The notes under the pieces: model-generated
Database searches by the model: none
What the model was told of the DNA's origin: nothing
The model's input: only the letters and a program-made list of their open reading frames with translations
Translations under genes and position numbers: made by a program
NCBI GenBank assembly: GCA_964016885.1
Contig: CAXHJY010000892.1
Location: forward strand, 1 to 64,000
DNA: 64,000 nt
Direction: 5' to 3'
Origin: Eledone cirrhosa
Taxonomy: Eukaryota
Part shown: one piece after another, positions 1 to 11,601 of the stretch
How the letters are laid out: each line of letters begins with the position of its first letter
Position numbering within the stretch: the stretch's first letter is position 1

Positions 1-693
1 GGATGCCCTTCCTAACACCAACCACATTTACAGTGTGGGGCTGGGAGGTTTTTACCGTGTTGCCTACACGGCCACATTTACAGCGTGGACTGTGTGTTTT
101 TTGTCGTGACACCTACACGATCTCATTTGTTTCGGCCTGGATGTTGTGGGACCAACATAACTTTACATTGAAAGGGGCGGTGTGGGTGGGGTGGAGGTGG
201 TGGGACGGGGGTGTGTTTTGATAGAGATGCCTACTGACTGTAGTAGGTTTTTACTTTGTATTTAGGTAAGGCGGGTCTTCTCTATTACTGAGTACCGCCA
301 AAGGTCTCGGTCCAGTGACATTGTCTTGGAGAGGTGTAAGCGTGTGAGGTCGGAATTTATCAGCTCGTCCCATGTTTTTCTGGGTCTGCCTACTCCGTGG
401 CTACCGTCTATCTTTATTGCCCTGCACTTTGTTATACAGCTGTCGTCTTTCATGCGCATCACGTGACCGTACCAACGTAGCCTTCTCTCGAGTAAACAAC
501 ATCTGATCCCTCTTATTTCTAATTTTTTCCTTAGTTCGTTTATGCTTTGCCGTTCACGTATATTACTATTGCACATCCAGCGGAGCATGCAAGCTTCGTT
601 CCTCTCTAGTCTGCGTATATCCTCTGCACACAAAGCCCAGGTCTCACTGCCATAGCCCAGGTCTCACTGCCATAGCCCAGGTCTCACTGCCAT
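1..693 (-). mobile_element. RTE-clade LINE (family A), 5'-truncated 3' end; runs off window start
   Basis: ORF 262-633 ([12 protein letters not shown]...[11 protein letters not shown]) is an RTE C-terminus; 3' UTR nearly identical to 5399-5660; 5' junction abuts (TA)n. Confidence 0.93.
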
Positions 694-694
694 T

Positions 695-729
<35 letters not shown>

Positions 730-746
730 ATAAATATATATATATT

Positions 747-777
<31 letters not shown>

Positions 778-794
778 ATAAATATATATATATT

Positions 795-829
<35 letters not shown>

Positions 830-866
830 ATAAATATACACATATTCACATATATATATATATTTA

Positions 867-951
<85 letters not shown>

Positions 952-962
952 ATTTATATATA
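694..962. repeat. (TA)n-rich microsatellite
   Basis: Directly visible. Confidence 0.95.
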
Positions 963-1057
963 ATTTAAAATTGATACACACTACGATACTTTTTGCCTTA
1001 TGACAGCTGGTTTTCACGCCGTAACATTAGATACATTATATACCCCCCCCACCCCCT

Positions 1058-1200
1058 ACGCATAGAGTTACGGCCCTTGCCATTCTGAGTTCAAATCCCG
1101 CCGAGGTTAACTTTGCCTTTCATCCTTACGGGGTCGATAAAATGAAGTACCAGTAATACACTGGGTAATTGCTGGCCTTGTGCCTAACGTAGAAACAATT
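1058..1200 (+). mobile_element. tRNA-derived SINE family 1, 5'-truncated, with target-site duplication
   Basis: B-box GAGTTCAAATCC, core ACTTTGCCTTTCATCCTT..GGGGTCGATAAAA; flanking ATTATATACCCCCC at about 1036 and 1198. Confidence 0.85.
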
Positions 1201-1352
1201 ATATACCCCCCACCTAAGTAATGTCAGGGTCTCCTTAAATAGTTTATTGATAGCATTGTTGTAATAATTGTTGTTGTTATTGTTCTAATTGAATGCCATA
1301 ACTACTCCATATTTTCTTTTATTTTCTTGCCTGTGTGTTTTCTTCATTCTCG

Positions 1353-1465
1353 CATGCTCCGAAGATCTGACTGGTTATAATTCTGTATTGGCGATCGAGT
1401 GACGCAAAATTAAGCGGATAGCGATCTCTAGACATACCAGCTCAGTGAAACAAATGTAAGCTATG
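1353..1465 (+). ncRNA. Type I hammerhead-ribozyme-like motif with mutated core (CCGAAGA)
   Basis: catgct-CCGAAGA-(ctgactggt...accagctcag)-GAAAC aaat GTA-agctatg; stems I-III pair by eye. Confidence 0.6.
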
Positions 1466-1514
1466 TGATTAAAAACTTTTTTGTATAGCAAACCATGTAA
1501 ACCTTCTTTCCTGA

Positions 1515-1520
1515 TATATT

Positions 1521-1555
<35 letters not shown>

Positions 1556-1591
1556 ATGTTTATATATATATATGTTTATATATATATATTT

Positions 1592-1641
<50 letters not shown>

Positions 1642-1657
1642 TTATATATATATATAA

Positions 1658-1688
<31 letters not shown>

Positions 1689-1711
1689 TATATATTTACA
1701 TATATATATAA

Positions 1712-1742
<31 letters not shown>

Positions 1743-1927
1743 TATATATATATATTTATATATATATATTTATATATTTATATATATATATTTATATATA
1801 TATATTTATATATTTATATATATATATTTACATATATATATTTATATATTTATACACATATATATATATATTTATATATTTATATATATATATATATTCA
1901 TATATATATACATATATATATATATAC

Positions 1928-1974
<47 letters not shown>

Positions 1975-2180
1975 TATATATTTACACATATATATATATA
2001 TACCTACATATATATATTTATACACTTATACATATATTTATACATATATATGTATATATATATTAAAAAAATACATATATAAAAAATATATATATATAAA
2101 TATAAATATATATATATATATCCATACATAAACATATATATATATATATATACATTATATATATATATATAAATATATTT
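1515..2180. repeat. (TA)n-rich microsatellite
   Basis: Directly visible; gives a spurious YI-repeat ORF. Confidence 0.95.
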
Positions 2181-2527
2181 ATCATCATCATCATCATCAT
2201 TTCATTTTACGTCCACGTTTCCCCTCCTGCAAGGGTGGGACGGGAACCGACTCTGGCTCGACTTCCACAGCTGGACGCCCCTCCCAACACCAACCTCATT
2301 TACAGTGAGTGCTGGGTGCTTTTTTGCCGTGGCACCTCCACGACCACCCTGCAGCGGAATGATAGGGACCCCAGCCCCCATCATCTCACTTCCACAGCCG
2401 AGCAAACTGGAGCAATGTGAAACAAAGTGTCCTGCTCAAGGAAACAACACATCACCCGGTCCGAGAACTGAACTCACAACCCCTCGATTGCAAGGCCAAT
2501 GCTCCAACCACCAAGCCATGTGTCTCC
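2181..2527 (-). mobile_element. Full-length tRNA-derived SINE family 2 with RTE-derived tail; A-to-G hypermutated copy
   Basis: Minus-strand head GGAGACACATGGCTTGGTGG...GAGTTCAGTTCTC, body and tail shared with 38488-38663 and 58621-58817, (ATG)n tail. Confidence 0.88.
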
Positions 2528-2660
2528 ATAAATATATATATATATAAATATATATATATATAAATATATATATATATAAATATATATATATATAAATATC
2601 AGTAGGCATCTCTAACAAAATACAAATATATATATATATAAACATATAAATATATATAAA

Positions 2661-3335
2661 TACATTCATTTGATTTATTGATAATTTATCTCAGTGTCCC
2701 GAATCTTCCATATCGCAATTTTTCGGTCGTTTGGTTGATTGTAGACATATTCTACGTGTGACGGTATTTTAACGATAGTTATAGCTCTGATTTATTTGAA
2801 TTATGGAGCCCTCTGCCGCTCATCTCGAATTTTGTTTATCGTGAACTCGTGTGCCGATTTTTCGATACTCGATTATTCTACTATATTTAGCTCTAGACCT
2901 AGCTATTGACCAGTTAATTTTATTGTTCATTTTTTGTCGATTCTATTAAATGATGAATAGCTCCTGTTTATTTTAACATGTCTATTGAGCACTCTTATTC
3001 GATATGTGTTATTCCACATTTTCCCGAATATTTTTTGCGGATATAAAGGTTATCTCCCTTGCTGAAGTCCATGTGCGTATTTTCAGCCTGGGTTTTGTCT
3101 TTTCATTCGTTCGGACTAAAGCTCGTTGAAGAAGTAAATTTCCAGTCCCCCGTCGTCTGTAAGTCTTATATTTTTATGTGAGCTGATAGAGGACGGTTTA
3201 AGGATTTACAGAAACCCAAGAAGCTAGATATACCATCTCTCTAGTGGGTCCGGGTATGCTTTTTACATTCATTTGATTTATTGATAATTTATCTGAGTGT
3301 CCCGAATCTTCCATATCGCAATTTTTCGGTCGTTT
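2661..3335 (+). mobile_element. Non-coding 603-bp unit with 72-bp terminal direct repeat and a hammerhead motif (retrozyme-like or solo Penelope pLTR)
   Basis: 2661-2732 matches 3264-3335 with one mismatch; flanked by (TA)n; hammerhead at 3121-3255. Confidence 0.7.
3121..3255 (+). ncRNA. Type I hammerhead-like motif (core TTGAAGA, long stem II)
   Basis: gctcg-TTGAAGA-a gtaaattt..ccgtc..gacgg..ggatttac a-GAAAC cca..tgg GTC-cgggt. Confidence 0.55.
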
Positions 3336-3369
3336 TATATATATATATATATTATATATACTTATATAT

Positions 3370-3428
<59 letters not shown>

Positions 3429-3429
3429 A

Positions 3430-3519
<90 letters not shown>

Positions 3520-3592
3520 CATATATATACATATTTATATATACATATATATACATATATATATATACATATATATACATATTTATATATAC

Positions 3593-3623
<31 letters not shown>

Positions 3624-3950
3624 CATATATATACATATTTATATATACATATATATATACATATATATACATATATATATATTATATATACATATATATA
3701 TACATATATATATATTATATATACATATATATATACATATATATATATTATATATACATATATATATACATATATATATATATTATATATACATATATAT
3801 ATACATATATATATATATTATATATACATATACATATATATATTATATATATTATATATACATATATATATTATATATATATATACATATATATATTATA
3901 TATATATTATATATATATATATTATATATATATATATTATATATATATAT

Positions 3951-3982
<32 letters not shown>

Positions 3983-4165
3983 ATACATATATATATTATT
4001 TATATATATATATTATATATATATATATATACATATTATATATATATATATACATATTATATATATTATATATATATATATTATATATATATTTTATATA
4101 TATATTATATATATATTTTATATATATATTATATATATATATATATTATATATATATATATAATA
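3336..4165. repeat. (TA)n/(TACA)-rich microsatellite
   Basis: Directly visible. Confidence 0.95.
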
Positions 4166-5898
4166 TTTTTCGTCGACTTGGAGAAAGCCTTCGAAAGAGT
4201 CCCCCCTTCCATTATCTGGTGGGCTCTTAGAAAACTAGGTGTTGACGAATGGCTTGTGAGAGGTATACAAGCCATGTATAAAGAAACAGTCAGTAAGGTT
4301 AGAATTAACAACGAATATAGTGAAGAGTTTAGCGTAAAAGTTGGTGTCCATCAGGGCTCTGTTCTTAGCCCCCTACTATTTATTATTGCCCTTCAGGCTA
4401 TAACAGAGGAGTTGAAGACCGGCTGCCCATGGGAACTCCTATACGCAGATGGTCTAACGCTCATAGCTGAATCAATGACCGAACTAGAGAAGAAATTCCA
4501 AACATGGAAGCACGGCGTAGAATCAAAAGGCCTTAAAATTAACCTGGCTAAGACTAAAGTTCTAGTTTGTAGGAAAGAAAACAAGGCGGCGGTCCCATCT
4601 GGGAAATGGCCATGCTCAGTGTGTAGGAAAGGCGTAGGTAGAAAATCCATTTTATGTCCCAAATGCAAAGTATGGGTGCATAAAAGATGTAGTGGGATCA
4701 CAGATAAGCTAACTAAGAACATAGATTTTACATGTGGACGGTGCTCTGGTGCAATAAGTAGCAGCAAGTGCCCACAAAATACTAGCTCCTTCAACTGCGC
4801 AGAGGGTTCTATAGAAATAGTGGACAGCTTCCGTTACCTGGGTGACAAAATCAGCAGTGGGGGAGTGTGCTCTGAAAGTACAGTAGCTAGAGTCAGAACT
4901 GGATGGAAAAAGTTCAGAGAGCTTATACCACTATTAGCCGCTAGAGGGTTCTCCCTAAAAATGAAAGGCAGGTTATACGATGCCTGCATACGAACAGCAA
5001 TGCTGCATGGCAGTGAGACCTGGGCATTGTGTGCAGAGGATATATGCAGACTAGAGAGGAACGAAGCTTGCTTGCTCCGCTGGATGTGCAATAGTAATAT
5101 ACGTGAACGGCAAAGCATAAACGAACTAAGGAAAAAATTAGAAATAAGAGGGATCAGATGTTGTTTACTCGAGAGAAGGCTACGTTGGTACGGTCACGTG
5201 ATGCGCATGAAAGACGACAGCTGTATAACAAAGTGCAGGGCAATAAAGATAGACGGTAGCCACGGAATAGGCAGACCCAGAAAAACATGGGACGAGCTGA
5301 TAAATTCCGACCTCACACGCTTACACCTCTCCAAGACAATGTCACTGGACCGAGACCTTTGGCGGTACTCAGTAATAGAGAAGACCCGCCTTACCTAAAT
5401 ACAAAGTAAAAACCTACTACAGTCAGTAGGCATCTCTATCAAAACACACCCCCGTCCCACCACCTCCACCCCATCCACACCGCCCCTTTCAATGTAAAGT
5501 TATGTTGGTCCCACAACATCCAGGCCGAAACAAATGAGATCGTGTAGGTGTCACGACAAAAAAACTCATAGTCCACGCTGTAAATGTGGCCGTGTAGGCA
5601 ACACGGTAAAAACCTCCCAGCCCCACACTGTAAATGTGGTTGGTGTTAGGAAGGGCATCCAGCTGTAGAAAACCCGCCAGACAGTCCACGCTGTAATGTG
5701 GCCGTGTAGGCAACACGGTAAAAACCTCCCAGCCCCAAACTGTAAATGTGGTTGGTGTTAGGAAGGGCATCCAACTGTAGAAAACCCGCCAGACAGTCCT
5801 ATGCGAGCAAGACAACCACTCTTGCCTCAAGTGGGAAAACCCCCGTCCAAACCCATGCAAGCGTGGAACACGGACGCTAAACCTGATGATGATGATGA
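4166..5898 (+). mobile_element. RTE-clade LINE (family A), young 5'-truncated copy with uninterrupted RT C-terminal half (about 4167-5398)
   Basis: [25 protein letters not shown] (YADD mutated), [13 protein letters not shown]; about 113-bp tandem duplication in the 3' UTR (5570-5793); (GAT)n tail. Confidence 0.95.
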
Positions 5899-5908
5899 TA
5901 TATATATA

Positions 5909-5961
<53 letters not shown>

Positions 5962-5989
5962 TATATATATATATATTATATATATATAT

Positions 5990-8982
5990 TCATCATCATC
6001 ATCATTTTACGTCCGCTTTTCCCTGCTTGCAAGGGTGGGACGAGTCTTATTCAGCACAGCATCTCTCCAATCGTCACGGTCCCTCGTCATCTCCACCGTC
6101 AGCTTCAATGATCTGAGGTCTGTTCTCACCACCTCCGCCCATGTTTTTCGTGGTCTACCTGTACCACGTCTTCCTTCAACTGGCATTTCCTGGCACTTCT
6201 TCACCCATCGGTCACCCTCCATGCGCATCACATGTCTATATCACCTCAGTCTCCTCTCCCGTACACTACATTCTATCTCTCTCAACACATTTATGCTGGG
6301 TCGTTCACGCACATTTACACTGCACATCCAACGGAGCATGCTTGCCTCATTTCTCTCCAGCCGTCGCATATCCTCTGCAGTTGCTGCCCATGTCTCACTA
6401 CCATGCAGAATCGCGCTCCTCACACAGGCATCATACAACCGGCCTTTTGTACGCAGGGAGAAGCCCTTCTTCGTCAACAGAGGAAGCAGCTCCCTAAACT
6501 TCTTCCAACCCGTCCTTATTCTGGATACTATGGCCTCAGAACACCCTCCTCCCATGTTAATCTGATCTCCTAGGTACCGGAAGCTATACACCACTTCTAT
6601 AGCGCCCTCATGCATTTGAAAAATGTGTCTATCAATGCGACTTCTACTGTCTAATTTCCCTGTACATCTACTGCATACATATTTCTCCCTACCTGTTAGT
6701 TTGCCTGCTCTTGTGTACCCAGGATCTGCATTGTGTGCATTTTATAGAATTTATGCCAGTTCCTTTTCTGCATATCGAACATGGCCATTTCCCTGACGGA
6801 ATTAGGGTTTTGTCCTCTTTTCTACTCATCAACACTTTTGTCTTAGCTAGGTTCACTCTCAGTCCGCTTGCTTCCAACTGCTGTTTCCATAGCCAGAATT
6901 TATTCTCTAGCTCCTCTACTGATTCTGCCAAATCGTCAGCATAGAGAAGTTCCCATGGACAGCCAGTCTTAAACTCCTCTGTTATGGCTTGGAGGACTAT
7001 AATGAACAAGAGCGGGCTGAGGACCGAACCCTGATGTACTCCTACTTGTATCTGGAATTCCTCACTAAACTCCATTCCTACCCTGACTTTACTGAGAGTA
7101 CCTCTGCACAAAGTTTGCACTGTCCTCACAAGCCATTTTTCAACACCTAGCTACCTTAGGGACCACCAGATGACAGATCGGAGTACCCTATCAAAGGCCT
7201 TCTCTAGATCAACAAAGGCTAAGTATAGTGGCTTATTCTTCTCTAAGAACCTCTCTTGCAATTGTCTCACCAAGAAGAGGGCATCTGTTGTACTCTTCCC
7301 AGCCACAAAACCAAACTGCATCTCATCTAGTTTGACCCTTTCTTTAATTAGTTGTGCTAAAATCCTTTCTGCCACTTTCATAACCTGATCTATCAGTTTT
7401 ATACCCCTATAATTGCTCCTCTCCAGAGCATCCCCTTTACCTTTGTAGCAATTTATGAGAATACTGCTGCACCAGTCTTTGGGTATGACACCACCATATA
7501 TAGCCTGATTGATGATGCGTGCAACCAGTTTAGTGCCTACGTCCCCTGATGCCTTCAGCATCTCAGCAACTATTCCCGATGGTCTGGCAGCCTTACCATT
7601 TTTCATTTCCCTAATCGCCTCTTGGACCCTATATTCATCAATCTCAATAGCTGGTCCCTCTGTCGGATCTACCAAGGGTAATTTCTCTCTCTCCCATTTG
7701 TTCTCCACATTCATCAGTCTCTCATAATGACATTTCCAGGCCTCCTTTTTCTGATCATTCGTGACACTAAGTACACCGGCATCATCCCGGACACATTTTT
7801 CTCCAACAACATCCTGATTTGCATTGACACACTGCCTTGCAATGTGGAACACCGCACGCCTCTGATCTTCCCGTCGCAGAACATTGGCAAACCTCCTACT
7901 CTCTGCCTCCATGCGTGCTAAGTACACCTGACGTCTAGCTTCTCTCTTAGTGGCTGTATATTCTTCCCTACTCCCACCCTTTTTCCAAGCCTTCCATGCT
8001 AGTGTTTTGTCTTTAATAGCCTTATCTACTGTGCTGTTCCACCACCAGGTCACTCTCTGTCTGGTTGGAGCTCTGCTCCAGCCACAAGTTTCATCAGTAG
8101 CCTGCAGCAGGTTGTCAAGTAAGAAATTCCATTTATTATCTATGTCATACGTCTCTAAATCGTCTTCTTTTTCGTCATATACATCTTGAAGGGCTTTCCT
8201 AAATTTGTATTTTAGTGAAAGGTCTTTTAGCTTCCAGACCTTTCTTCTCCACACCTTCCTATATGTCTCATTCCATCTCTTGCTTACTGAGATATCACTA
8301 ACAACTAACCTATGCTGTGGGGTACATTCTTCCCCAGGGTATGCCTTGGTATTAGTCACTATCTGCCTGTCCCGCTGCCTAACTAGTAAGAAGTTAATCT
8401 GGCTTATGTGCTCACCAGATTTGTAGGTTATTAGGTGATTGGCAGGTTTCTGGAAGTTTGTGTTGCAAATAGTCAATGTACCTGGATCACAAAATTCAAG
8501 AAGTCTCACTCCTTCTTCATTTCTTGAACCGTAACCGTGCCCACCATGTACCCCAGTGTAACCATCCTGGAGCTGTCCAACATGACCATTGAAGTCTCCT
8601 GCTAGCATAACGATGTCTCCGTCCTCTGTCATTGCGGTTGTTTGTAAAAGTTGCTCATAAAAGCAGTCTTTCTCATCTTTGCCTAGGCCTGCTTGGGGAG
8701 CATAGACCGAGATGATTGTCAGTAGTCTCCTGCCTACAACTAATCTAAGCTTAATTATTCGATTACTAATTCAAACTACCTCTATTGTCTTATTGATCCA
8801 TTTCTCAGCCAGGAAAATGCCTACTCCCCCTAACCCATCATCCTTACCTACCCAGAATAGCTTATAGCTAAGCCGTTTGCCTACGACTAGTCTCGCAGAG
8901 GCACCTCTCCATCTCACCTCTTGCACGCAGCACACACCCACCTGCCTTCTCTCCAGCATCTCCGCTGTTTCAGCAGATCTAC

Positions 8983-8987
<5 letters not shown>
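5990..8987 (-). mobile_element. RTE-clade LINE (family B), near-full-length EN-RT ORF broken by stops and frameshifts
   Basis: APE motifs CCVQEVRW, GDFNGHVG, QHRLVV; RT motifs NYRGIKL, QFGF, DLEKAFD, YADD; very short 3' UTR; both ends in (TA)n. Confidence 0.95.
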
Positions 8988-9014
<27 letters not shown>

Positions 9015-9064
9015 GCATTAATATTTATTGGGCGAGAATATAAGCAGAGCGGTGGTTAAAAATG

Positions 9065-9182
9065 AAAGGATTACTAAGGAGAATGCAGACTATGAGCACA
9101 ATGTGATACAAAAGCATCTACATACACAGGTGCTTTTGTATAAACATGTTCTCACAGTTGGTATTCTCATTTGTAAACCTTT
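9065..9182. repeat. Imperfect fold-back hairpin with arms of about 57 bp
   Basis: AAAGGATTAC...ATACAAAAGCATCT is the approximate reverse complement of AGGTGCTTTTGTAT...GTAAACCTTT. Confidence 0.75.
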
Positions 9183-9294
9183 GATTTATAAATATATATA
9201 TATATTTATAAATTTATATATATATATAAATATATATATATAAATAAATATATAATATTAAATAAATGGAAAACTATATTTATAAAACCATATT

Positions 9295-9360
9295 TATTTC
9301 ATTATATATATTTCGGGGATATCATATTAACAATATGCTATGCCTTCATCAGACAAAATA
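9295..9360 (-). ncRNA. Type I hammerhead ribozyme, intact core
   Basis: Minus strand tattttgt-CTGATGA-aggcatagcatatt gtt aatatgatatcccc-GAAA-tatata-TA-atgaaata; palindromic stem III. Confidence 0.78.
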
Positions 9361-9829
9361 CAATATAAACAGTTTTATAGATAAATAGATTCGACATACC
9401 GTAATATCACCGACTTCATTTGAAGAGGTTTACGCTGGCAGTGAAAAAATTTTATACAGAGAGAAAGAAAGAGAGAAAAAAGAAAGACAGACAAAACGAA
9501 GAAAAGGAAGAAAAAGAAGAAAAAGAAAAAGAAGAAATGCATGGAACAAAATAGAGAGATGGAAAGATAGATAAAGCGAAGAACTTCATGTAAAGAAACA
9601 GAAAGAGACATATATATATATAGAGAGGAAATAGAGATAGATACATATATATATAGAAAATTAGGTAGTGGGAGGTCATTTTGAGTAAATGTATCAATGA
9701 TACATTTATTTATTTATTTATTTATTTAGCTCAGGTATTAATGTAAGGGAGATATATAGAGAGAAAAAATATAGAGAGAGGAAAAAATAGCGAGAGAAAA
9801 AAATTTAAAAATAGCCAGACATATTCGAG

Positions 9830-11290
9830 GCGCAAAAACCCTATGTTTTAATGTATTAGTATTTATAAAACTTACACTATATTGTAAATATCAGTATTCC
9901 TGAATGAGACAAGTATCCATAATGTGTGAAAATTAATTATCTTATGTTTAGTTTTAAAAAATTCATATGTTTATGTGACAGCTACAAACATCCATGCGAA
10001 TCCAACTGATTCACTCTGCAAACTCTAAGTTCACTGAAAACATTCTCAATGTGGTATAAAAATTTGAGCGTATTATTATTCCTGTCATTACTCTACAAGA
10101 TTATCTATCAAGCAGAAATAGAGAGCAGATTTCAATATACTAATAAAAATATATATTATAAACAAAACTAAAAATAAAAAGATGACAATAATAATAATAA
10201 GTAAAAATATAGAATAGAAAACTAAAAAAACTAAAAAAATATTACGAAAGAATATTACATAATAAAAATATTACATATTAAAAATACTACGTATTAAAAA
10301 AACTACGTATTAAAAAATATTACGTATTAAAAATTTACATATTAAAGATATTAAAAATAAAATAAAAAATAAAAAATAAAAAATAAAAAATATTATAGAA
10401 TACTACAATAAAAAATAAAAATAAAAATAAAAATAAATAAAAAATAAATAAAAATAAAAATAAACCACAAAGAACAACCCTTCAAAGTTAATTGACAATA
10501 TATTGCCAAGTTCATTACAAGACAAAGCCAAAAATTATCTATCAAATCACATCTAGCAAAGATCATTTCAAAAAGATTATGATGTCCAATTAGGTCTACA
10601 TATGTTCTTATATTTAATATAGAAGTTTATCTAGTGTATGGTTAATTCAAAAAATTTGGAGCATCAGCTTTTAGGGTAGCTTAATTTTTCATGAGGAATG
10701 TTTAGATAAAAATAAAATAAAAATAAACAATAAAAAAAGAGTAAAAAGAGGGAATCAAAGATTTAGGAATCAAAAAATTTAGGAATCATAAAATTCTTTT
10801 TATTTTTAGTTTTGTTTATAATATATATTTTTATTAGTATATTTTTATGTAGGAAGCCGGTTTGGTAGTGAGATGTTTATAAATATTTAGTGTTAAGCAC
10901 AGTTAAAAAGAAAGACGGAGAAAAAGAAGAAATGTATGTAAAGAAAAACAGAGAGAGATAGAGAGAGAAATAGTGAGGTGAATTTGCAATAATTTCTGAA
11001 GACAGCATATATATGTGTAGGTATGTATATTCCCTCTGATAGTTTGTAAAAATTTTACATAGATTTATATGATATACATACCAACACACACATATATATC
11101 CTAGAAACGATCGTAAAATGATGAATTTTTTAATATAAGGAACTGTTTCTTTGTTTTTATTCATTATTTTTATTAATTTATCTTGACTCTGTTTTCCTGT
11201 GTTTTTCATCGAAAAAATGTTGAATACATCTTCTCTTTTCATGATATTTGGATTACATTGAGTTCTTCATACGAATTGGACACTACCGTA
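9830..11290. pseudogene. Highly degraded, scrambled Penelope-like fragments
   Basis: Short translated matches only: NVV*KFE (+, about 10050), KIIYQIT (+, about 10530), EELNVIQIS..YSTFF, TVPYIK and NIYKHL (-); next to a hammerhead. Confidence 0.35.
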
Positions 11291-11309
11291 TATTTTGGTA
11301 GATTTATCT

Positions 11310-11592
11310 ACATATATAAATATATATATAAATTATATAAATATATATATAAATATATATTTATATATATAAATATATATTTATATATATATTTATATAT
11401 ATATTTATATAATTTATATATAAATTATATTTATATAATATATATTTATATAATATATATTTATATAATTTATATATATATTTATATAATATATATTTAT
11501 ATATTTATATAATATATATTTATATAATTTATATAATATATATTTATATAATTTATATAATATATATTTATATAATATATATATTTATATTA
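11310..11592. repeat. AT microsatellite
   Basis: Directly visible. Confidence 0.9.
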
Positions 11593-11601
11593 CCACAATA
11601 A

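Noticed and set aside
3281-5398. 705-aa ORF as a novel YI-repeat/RT fusion protein
   Set aside because: The N-terminal 295 aa are read-through of a (TA)n array into a truncated RTE, and the catalytic YADD is mutated.
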